From Kofleriaceae bacterium (GTDB lineage: Bacteria; Myxococcota_A; Polyangia; Haliangiales; Haliangiaceae), in assembly GCA_046597055.1 (NCBI GenBank), contig JBKJLC010000301.1, positions 44,229 to 108,228 on the forward strand: DNA of 64,000 nucleotides, in the 5' to 3' direction. The position numbers were made by a program, and so were the translations under genes. Below the pieces are notes generated by a model that was given only the letters and a program-made list of their open reading frames with translations, searched no databases and was not told the DNA's origin. Each line of letters begins with the position of its first letter. Positions within the stretch are counted from its first letter, which is position 1. This document shows, in pieces, positions 49,348 to 56,221 of this stretch.

Positions 49348-50253
49348 ATGAACGCCGTCCTCGCCCTCGTCCCGCACCTCGGCCGCGCGGTCTTGCGTCG
49401 GCTCGCGCCCGACGCCGCCGACGATCACCGCGGCCGCGCGATCGGTCGCGCGTTCGAGCTCGATCTGTGCGCGCTGCTCAACTGCCTGCGCGCCGCCGAG
49501 CTGACCGAGCTGGCGCGCGCGGTCCGGATCCCGGTCGCGGTGGACGCCGAGGTCGGCGCGCTGCGCGAGGCGCTGTGGCGGTGGGGCGCGCGGCTCGAGG
49601 CCGGCGGCGATCACCTCGCCGGCACCGCGCTGCAGCCGGTGCCCGAGCGGCTCGGTGCCCGGCTGGTCCACGTCGCGCCCGCGCGGGGGCTGGCCCCGGC
49701 GGCGGTCGGCTGGCCGCGTCCGTTGCCGGCGCCCCGCCGGCCCGAGCCGCCCGACGACGAGCCCGACGACGTCGACGCGCTGCTGGCCGCGGCCGATCGC
49801 GCGCTCGGCGTGCGGTTGCCCGCGCGCGGCCGCGACAAGGGTGCGTGGGGCGCCGCCGCGGCCCGGCTGCTCGGCGTGGTCGAGCATGGTGAAGGCGAGC
49901 CCGACTGGCGCGGCGACGTCGAGGTCAAGACCGTGCCGGTCGCGCTCGATCGCGCCGGGCGCTGGCGGGTCACCGAGGATCCCGCGGTCGCCATGGTCGA
50001 CGGGTCGCCGCTCGGCAAGCTGCGCCGCGTGCTGTGGCTGGTGCGCGCCACCACCGGTGACGGCGCGACCCTCCTGTCCTGGTACTTCGTCGAGTGGGAC
50101 GCCGAGGTCGCGCGCCTGGTGCGGCGCGATCTGCACACGCGGCCCAAGGGTCCGCGCGGGACCAGCGCGCGGGGCTGGTACCTGCACAAGCGGTTCTTCC
50201 TCGACGCCGGCCTGTACGCGACGCTCAACGGCCCGCGGGCGGTGGCGTCGTGA
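49348..50253 (+). CDS. MutH/Sau3AI-like PD-(D/E)xK endonuclease with N-terminal extension
   Basis: RDKG..G...LLG, EPDW...VEVKTVPV, KLRRVLW, LHTRPKG and RGWYLHKRF, co-linear with MutH motifs. Confidence 0.8.
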   Translation: MNAVLALVPHLGRAVLRRLAPDAADDHRGRAIGRAFELDLCALLNCLRAAELTELARAVRIPVAVDAEVGALREALWRWGARLEAGGDHLAGTALQPVPERLGARLVHVAPARGLAPAAVGWPRPLPAPRRPEPPDDEPDDVDALLAAADRALGVRLPARGRDKGAWGAAAARLLGVVEHGEGEPDWRGDVEVKTVPVALDRAGRWRVTEDPAVAMVDGSPLGKLRRVLWLVRATTGDGATLLSWYFVEWDAEVARLVRRDLHTRPKGPRGTSARGWYLHKRFFLDAGLYATLNGPRAVAS

Positions 50254-51410
50254 TCAACGACGCGCTGCGCCTGGTCGGTTCGGCCCAGACCAACCGCGAC
50301 ATGGAGGCGGAGCTGACCCGCATCTCCAACCGCGCGCTGGGTCGACGGCCGCCGCCCCCGACCCGCGACGGGACCGGCCAGCTGGTCTACCCGTGGGACG
50401 ACGAGCTGGCCCGGGTCGCGCTGGCCTACCACCGCACCTCGACCCGGGTCGTGCGCGACCTGTACGCGTCGAGCGCGCGCCGGCTCGAGCCGCTGTACGA
50501 CGAGCTGCGCGCCGATGCCGCCGCCGATCACCGCGGCTGGGACGCGCGGGTGCGCACGATCTCGGTCGAGGTCCGCCGGGTCGCCGAGTTCGCGGCCGGC
50601 GAGCGCCAGATCGTCGGCACGGTCAAGAACGCGATCGTCGATGGCCTGGCGGCGCGCGGCCGCCGGGTCGACGTCGATCCCGAGCGCCCCGACGCGTTGA
50701 TCGTGGCGCGGCTCGACGACCGCGGCCGGATCATGGTCGGCGCCGATCTGTCCGGTGGCACCCGCACCCGGCGCGGCTGGCGGACCGAGGCTGGCGACGC
50801 GCCGCTGCGCGAGCACGTCGCGGCGGTGATCGCGATGGAGGCGCGCTACGACCCGCGTCGCGACCTGGTGGTCGATCCGATGTGCGGCTCGGGCACCCTC
50901 GCGATCGAGGCGGCGCTGCTCGCGCGTGGCACCGCGGTCGCGCCGCGCCCGGGCCAGCCCACCGACCCCGACCTGTGGCCCGACGCGCGGCCCGTCGTGA
51001 TCGCCGGCGACATCGATCTCGAGGTGCTGGCCGGCGCGCGCAACAACGCCCGCCGCGCCGGCGTCGAGATTCTCTGGCACCGCGGCGACTACACCGCGCT
51101 CGACCGCGACAAGCTGTGGGCGCTGGCCGCCGAATCGGGGGCGGTGCCCGAGCGCGGCCTGGTGCTGTGTAACCCGCCATGGGGCGAGCGGCTCGAGGTC
51201 GCCGACGCCCGGCTGCTGTACGGCGCGCTGGGCGATTGGTTCCGCAGCCTCCGTGATTTTCGCGGCGCGTTCCTGGTCGCGAACCCCGAGTTCGAGCACG
51301 CCTTCGGCTCGAAGTGGGCGATCAAGAAGCCGCTGTCGAGCGGCGATCTTCGTGGTTACCTGTTCGTGTACGAGGCGGCCGGGCCGGCTGCCACGCCCAC
51401 GAGGCCATGA
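50250..51410 (+). CDS. THUMP-domain nucleic-acid N-methyltransferase (RlmL/Trm14-like)
   Basis: GTGA overlap; THUMP-like 'VKNAIVD......VD.E.PD', D.SG....RGWR....APLRE, DPMCGSGT..IEA, NPPWGERL. Confidence 0.85.
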   Translation: MINDALRLVGSAQTNRDMEAELTRISNRALGRRPPPPTRDGTGQLVYPWDDELARVALAYHRTSTRVVRDLYASSARRLEPLYDELRADAAADHRGWDARVRTISVEVRRVAEFAAGERQIVGTVKNAIVDGLAARGRRVDVDPERPDALIVARLDDRGRIMVGADLSGGTRTRRGWRTEAGDAPLREHVAAVIAMEARYDPRRDLVVDPMCGSGTLAIEAALLARGTAVAPRPGQPTDPDLWPDARPVVIAGDIDLEVLAGARNNARRAGVEILWHRGDYTALDRDKLWALAAESGAVPERGLVLCNPPWGERLEVADARLLYGALGDWFRSLRDFRGAFLVANPEFEHAFGSKWAIKKPLSSGDLRGYLFVYEAAGPAATPTRP

Positions 51411-52489
51411 CGATCGATCCCGACATCCAGGGCGCACCGGCGCGCTTCTGGCACGCCGAAGGCGACGGCGGTCGCATCCGCTGCGATCTGTGTCCGCGCG
51501 CGTGCACGGTCACGCCGGGGCAGCGAGCGTTCTGCTTCGTCCGCGGCAACGTCGACGGCGAGATGGTCCTGTCGGCCTACGGCCAGGCCTCGGGCTTCTG
51601 CGTCGATCCGATCGAGAAGAAGCCGCTCAACCACTTCTACCCGGGCACGTCGGTGCTCTCGTTCGGGACCGCCGGCTGCAACCTCGGCTGTCGGTTCTGC
51701 CAGAACTGGGACATCTCGAAGGCGAGGGACCTCGCGCGGCTCAGCGCGCGGGCGACCCCCGACGCGATCGCGGACGCCGCGGTGCGCGCCGGCTGCAAGA
51801 GCGTCGCGTTCACCTACAACGATCCGGTGATCTTCGCCGAGTGGGCGATCGACGTCGCCGCCGCGTGCCGCGAACGCGGCGTGAAGACGGTCGCGGTGAC
51901 CGCCGGCTACATCACGCCCCAGGCCCGGCCCGAGCTGTTCGCCGCGATGGACGCCGCCAACGTCGACCTCAAGGCGTTCACCGAGCACTTCTACAAGAAG
52001 CTGTGCTTCGCCGAGCTGGCCCCGGTGCTCGACACCCTGCGCTGGCTCCGTCACGAGTCGGAGGTCTGGTTCGAGGTCACCACGCTGTTGATCCCGACCC
52101 AGAACGACTCCGACGACGAGGTCGCCCGGCTGTGCGACTGGTTCGCCGAACACCTCGGGCCCGACGTGCCGCTGCACTTCACCGGCTTTCACCCCGACTA
52201 CAAGCTGACCGACGTGCCGGCGACCCCGGCCGCGACCCTGACCCGGGCCCGCGCCCAGGCGCGCGCGCGCGGCCTCCGGCACGTCTACACCGGCAACACC
52301 CACGACGCTGCCGGCCAGAGCACCTACTGCGCTGGCTGCGGCGCGGTCGTGATCGAGCGCGACTGGTACCAGCTGGGCGCCTGGAACCTCACCGCCGGTG
52401 CGTGCACCGCGTGCGGCGTGACCCTGGCCGGGCACGTCCACGAGGCGCCCGGCAGCTGGGGTCCGCGGCGCCTGCGCGTGATGCCGTAG
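51407..52489 (+). CDS. amrS: AmmeMemoRadiSam system radical SAM enzyme
   Basis: ATGA overlap; C.LCPR.C, DPIEKKPL.HF.PG, GCNL.C.FCQNW.IS (CxxxCxxC), A.TYNDP, N.DLKAF, VY.GN, CAGC...CTAC. Confidence 0.93.
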   Translation: MTIDPDIQGAPARFWHAEGDGGRIRCDLCPRACTVTPGQRAFCFVRGNVDGEMVLSAYGQASGFCVDPIEKKPLNHFYPGTSVLSFGTAGCNLGCRFCQNWDISKARDLARLSARATPDAIADAAVRAGCKSVAFTYNDPVIFAEWAIDVAAACRERGVKTVAVTAGYITPQARPELFAAMDAANVDLKAFTEHFYKKLCFAELAPVLDTLRWLRHESEVWFEVTTLLIPTQNDSDDEVARLCDWFAEHLGPDVPLHFTGFHPDYKLTDVPATPAATLTRARAQARARGLRHVYTGNTHDAAGQSTYCAGCGAVVIERDWYQLGAWNLTAGACTACGVTLAGHVHEAPGSWGPRRLRVMP

Positions 52490-52565
52490 GCGAGGTCACC
52501 GCCGGCCAGGAGCATTCACAGGGCGGTCGTGGACGACCGCCCGGCGTGCGTGGTACGCCGGAACC

Positions 52566-53165
52566 ATGGGCGCGATCGATCCCGTCGTGGGCGTCTTTCG
52601 CGCCGAGCACGCGCAGGTGTTCGCCGCGCTGTGGCGCCGGCTGGGCGAGTTCGACCTGGTCGAGGCGGCGATGGCCGACGCCTACCTGGCCGCGATGGCG
52701 GCGTGGGGCTCGGGCGGCGTGCCGCAGAACCCGACCTCGTGGATCGCGACCGTCGCGATGTCGGCGACGACCAGCGTGCTGTCGCGCCGCGACACGCCGG
52801 TGGCCGACGCCGGCTCGCCCTCCGACGATCTGCGCGCGGTGTTCGCGACCTGCTGCCAGCCGGCCCTGGCGCCCGACGAGCGGGTGGTGTGCGTCGCGCG
52901 CGCCGTGGTGGGCATGATGCCCGGTGAGATCGCGGCGCTGCTCGGGGTCAGCGATCCCGTGATCCACACGCGCCTCACCCAGGCCAAGCGGGTGCTGCGC
53001 CAGGCCGGGCGCGGCCTGGCCCCCATACCCGACGAGCCCGCGGCGCACGCCGAGCGGATCGAGCTGATCCGCGCCGCGGCGGCGGTATTCGCGACCGCCC
53101 CGGGCCGCGAGGCGGTCGAGATATCCGCTCTGGTCGATGCTCGTCTGGTCACCGCCCTCCTGTAA
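52566..53165 (+). CDS. Degenerate, truncated ECF42-like sigma-factor homolog
   Basis: FR.E.....A.L.R.LG.FDL.E.A..DA...A...W...GVP.NP..W, DDLR..F.TCC.PAL, EIA.......RL..AK; key region 2 residues diverged and no TPR extension. Confidence 0.65.
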   Translation: MGAIDPVVGVFRAEHAQVFAALWRRLGEFDLVEAAMADAYLAAMAAWGSGGVPQNPTSWIATVAMSATTSVLSRRDTPVADAGSPSDDLRAVFATCCQPALAPDERVVCVARAVVGMMPGEIAALLGVSDPVIHTRLTQAKRVLRQAGRGLAPIPDEPAAHAERIELIRAAAAVFATAPGREAVEISALVDARLVTALL

Positions 53166-53270
53166 TCACAGGTGGTTGGCGGGGGGGGGCGCCCGGGGCG
53201 CCGGCGCCACGATGGCTTCTGGCCCACACCCCTCTCGAAGGATGGCGGTTTGGGTCGACCCATCCTGGTG

Positions 53271-53687
53271 ATGCCGACCGCCATCATCGTGGATGACTCC
53301 CCCGTCATGCGGGCCCAGCTCCGCGCCCTGGTGCGCGAGGCCGGCTGTACGGTCGTCGCGGAGGGCGCCTCGGGCGACGACGTGCTGGGGCTGTACCAGC
53401 AACATCGGCCCGATCTGATGCTGCTCGACATCGTCATGCCGGGCACCGACGGGGTCACCGCGGCCACCGACCTGCTGGCTCGACATCCCGAGGCAGTCGT
53501 CATCATGTGCACGTCGCTCACCGCCCGCGACAAGATCCTTGCCTGCCAGAAGGCCGGGGTCGCCTACTACTTGCTCAAGCCGTTCCAGCCCGAGCGCGTG
53601 GTCGCGGTCCTGCGCAACGTCCTCGAACGGCGACCGCCGGCGGTGGCTGCGGCCACGCCGGCCCGCGTCCCGGAGGCCTCGTCGTGA
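53271..53687 (+). CDS. Single-domain response regulator (CheY-like)
   Basis: IVDD, LLDIVMP..DG, CTS, KPF. Confidence 0.92.
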   Translation: MPTAIIVDDSPVMRAQLRALVREAGCTVVAEGASGDDVLGLYQQHRPDLMLLDIVMPGTDGVTAATDLLARHPEAVVIMCTSLTARDKILACQKAGVAYYLLKPFQPERVVAVLRNVLERRPPAVAAATPARVPEASS

Positions 53688-54121
53688 TCTGCGCCCTGTG
53701 CGACCGGGCCAACGACGAGCGCCGCCGCTACTGCGGCGGCTGCGGCACCGATCTGGCGCCGGCCTGCGTCCGTTGTCGCTTCGTCAACGGGTGCGACGAC
53801 CGCTTCTGTGGCGGCTGCGGTGATCCGATGGTCGCCGGCGCGCCCGCCGTGGCCGCGCCGCGCACCCCGCCCCCGGTGCCGCCGCGGCCGCCGATGCCGT
53901 CGCTCCGTCCCGCACCGCCGCTGGCAGCGCCACCGCCACCGCCACCGGTGCCCGTCGCGGCGCCCGCGCCCGCCGCGGCCACGGCGGCCGGCAACGCGCT
54001 CAGCGCGGAGGATCTGCGCGCGATGCTCGGCACCGGCGCGGCCCCCGCGGCGCCCGCCTTGCCGCAGGGCATCATCACCCAGGATGATCTCGATCGCCTC
54101 TTCAGCGGCGGTGCCGGTTGA
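53684..54121 (+). CDS. Double zinc-ribbon protein with Pro-rich linker
   Basis: GTGA overlap; CALC/CGGC/CVRC/CGGC; tail peptides LSAEDLRAML and ITQDDLDRLF. Confidence 0.8.
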   Translation: MICALCDRANDERRRYCGGCGTDLAPACVRCRFVNGCDDRFCGGCGDPMVAGAPAVAAPRTPPPVPPRPPMPSLRPAPPLAAPPPPPPVPVAAPAPAAATAAGNALSAEDLRAMLGTGAAPAAPALPQGIITQDDLDRLFSGGAG

Positions 54122-55755
54122 GGACACCGGCCCCGGTCAGCGGCGTCGGCGCGGCCGCGCCGCGCCCGGCCGCCAGCCGCGGCGTGGTCGCGCTCGAGCT
54201 GGTGCGCCAGCGCAAGCTGTCGCCGGCGGCCCTGGGCGCGGCCGGGTTCGCCAGCATCGAAGAGGTGATGGACGCGGTCGCCCGGCAGTTCAACCTGCCG
54301 CGCCAGGCGCTCGACGAGGTCGAGCTGATGCCCGCGCTGGCCCAGCTGGTGCCGCGCCAGCTCGCCGAGCGCCACCGCATCTGCCCGGTGTTCGCGTCGG
54401 CCCTGGAGCTGTCGGTCGCGACCTCCGACCCGACCCAGATCGAGCTGGTCGACTTCCTCGCCGGCCAGCTGAAGCGCGTGGTCGCGATGGTCGTCGCAAC
54501 CCCGGCCGAGATCGACCGCGCGGTGAAGCGCCTGTACGACGCGCCGGTCGCGGCGCCGATGCTCGAGGAGGGCGATCAGGTCTCGCAGGAGGCCCTGCGC
54601 GAGGCCATCCCCATCGTCAATGGCGTGATCGCCGGCGCGCTCGAGCAGCGTGCCAGCGACATCCACATCGAGGCGACCGAGCGCGAGACCATCATGCGCT
54701 ATCGCGTCGATGGCCGCCTGCGCACGGTCGAGTCGCGGCCGGCCGAGCTCCACGCCGCGATCGTGTCGCGCATCAAGGTCCTCGCCAACCTCGACATCTC
54801 GATCCGCTTCGTCCCGCAGGACGGCCGCATCAAGATCAAGAACGGCGCCGCCGACGTCGATCTCCGGGTGTCGGTGCTGCCGACCTACTGGGGCGAGAAG
54901 GTGGTGTGCCGGGTGCTCGACAACAAGCGGGCCGCCCTGCCGCTCGAGCAGCTCGCGTTCTCGCCCGACGAGCGGGTGGTGTTCGATCGGATGATCCAGG
55001 CGCCCTACGGCCTGGTGCTGGTGACCGGCCCGACCGGCAGCGGCAAGAGCACGACCCTCTACGCCGCGCTCAACGCGGTGCGCAGCCCCGAGCTCAACAT
55101 CGTCACGGTCGAGGATCCGATCGAGTACCAGCTGCCTGGGCTCAACCAGGTCCAGGTCAACGTCAAGCGCGGGCTCACCTTCGCCGGCGCGCTGCGGTCG
55201 ATCCTGCGCCAGGACCCCGACGTGGTCCTGGTCGGTGAGATCCGCGATCGCGAGACCGGGGTGGTCGCCGCCGAAGCGGCGATGACCGGTCACCTGGTGT
55301 TCGCGTCGCTGCACACCAACGACGCGATCGGCGCGGTGACCCGCCTGACCGAGATGGGGGTCGAGCCCTACCTGGTCGCGCCCTCGCTGGTCGGCATCGT
55401 CGCCCAGCGCCTGATGCGCAAGGTGTGCACCGGCTGCGTCGAGCCGCACGTGCCCGACCCGGCCGAGCTCGCCGCGCTCGGCTTACCAGCCTTGCCCGAC
55501 GGCGTCCACCTGGTCCGGGGCCGCGGCTGCGTCGCGTGCCACCGGACCGGCTACCAGGGCCGCATCGCGATCCGCGAGCTGCTCGAGATCGACGACACCC
55601 TGCGCGCGATGATCTCGGCCAGCGCCAGCGCGGACGCCTTGCGCACGCAGGCGATCGCCACTGGCTTCCGGACGATGCGCTTTGCCGCGCTACGCTTGCT
55701 GCTGGCCAAGATCACCAGCGCGCGCGAGGTCCTGCGCATCACGAGAGGGAGCTGA
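54118..55755 (+). CDS. GspE/PilB family secretion/pilus assembly ATPase
   Basis: ASDIHIE, PQDGR, GPTGSGKST, TVEDPIE, LRQDPD...GEIRD, TGHLV..LHTN, tetra-Cys CTGC/CVAC. Confidence 0.95.
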   Translation: MRTPAPVSGVGAAAPRPAASRGVVALELVRQRKLSPAALGAAGFASIEEVMDAVARQFNLPRQALDEVELMPALAQLVPRQLAERHRICPVFASALELSVATSDPTQIELVDFLAGQLKRVVAMVVATPAEIDRAVKRLYDAPVAAPMLEEGDQVSQEALREAIPIVNGVIAGALEQRASDIHIEATERETIMRYRVDGRLRTVESRPAELHAAIVSRIKVLANLDISIRFVPQDGRIKIKNGAADVDLRVSVLPTYWGEKVVCRVLDNKRAALPLEQLAFSPDERVVFDRMIQAPYGLVLVTGPTGSGKSTTLYAALNAVRSPELNIVTVEDPIEYQLPGLNQVQVNVKRGLTFAGALRSILRQDPDVVLVGEIRDRETGVVAAEAAMTGHLVFASLHTNDAIGAVTRLTEMGVEPYLVAPSLVGIVAQRLMRKVCTGCVEPHVPDPAELAALGLPALPDGVHLVRGRGCVACHRTGYQGRIAIRELLEIDDTLRAMISASASADALRTQAIATGFRTMRFAALRLLLAKITSAREVLRITRGS

Positions 55756-55756
55756 C

Positions 55757-56221
55757 ATGAGCCCGCCGCGCGCCCAGGTCGTGAACGAAGTCGTGGCCGC
55801 GGTGGTGCGTGTCCTCCGCATCAGCCTCGGCGAGCACGCCACCCTGGCCGGGTTGAACGTCACCCGCGCGATGGATCCGGCCCCCTCGATCGCGGTCACC
55901 ATCCAGCTGAGCGGCAGCCTGCACGGGCCCATCATCTGCGTATTCTCGCGCGAGCTCGCCACCCAGATCACGGTGCGGCTCACGCTCGACGACGCCCCGT
56001 CGGGCGAGCTGCTCAACGACGCGGTCGCCGAGCTCACCAACATCGTGCTCGGCAACGCGATCGGGCCCCTGGCCGAGGCCGGCTATCACGTCGAGATCGC
56101 GACGCCGGTCGTCCACTCCAACGAATTCCGACCCGGGCTCCTCACCGACACCCTGGTCGCGACCCTGTCGGCGCCCAGCGGCACCGTGCGGGTCTTCCTC
56201 GGCGCCGAGGTGACCGCGTGA
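55757..56221 (+). CDS. cheX: CheX-like chemotaxis phosphatase
   Basis: I.LSG...G..., DAVAELTNIVLGN (ExxN), I..P.V. Confidence 0.8.
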   Translation: MSPPRAQVVNEVVAAVVRVLRISLGEHATLAGLNVTRAMDPAPSIAVTIQLSGSLHGPIICVFSRELATQITVRLTLDDAPSGELLNDAVAELTNIVLGNAIGPLAEAGYHVEIATPVVHSNEFRPGLLTDTLVATLSAPSGTVRVFLGAEVTA

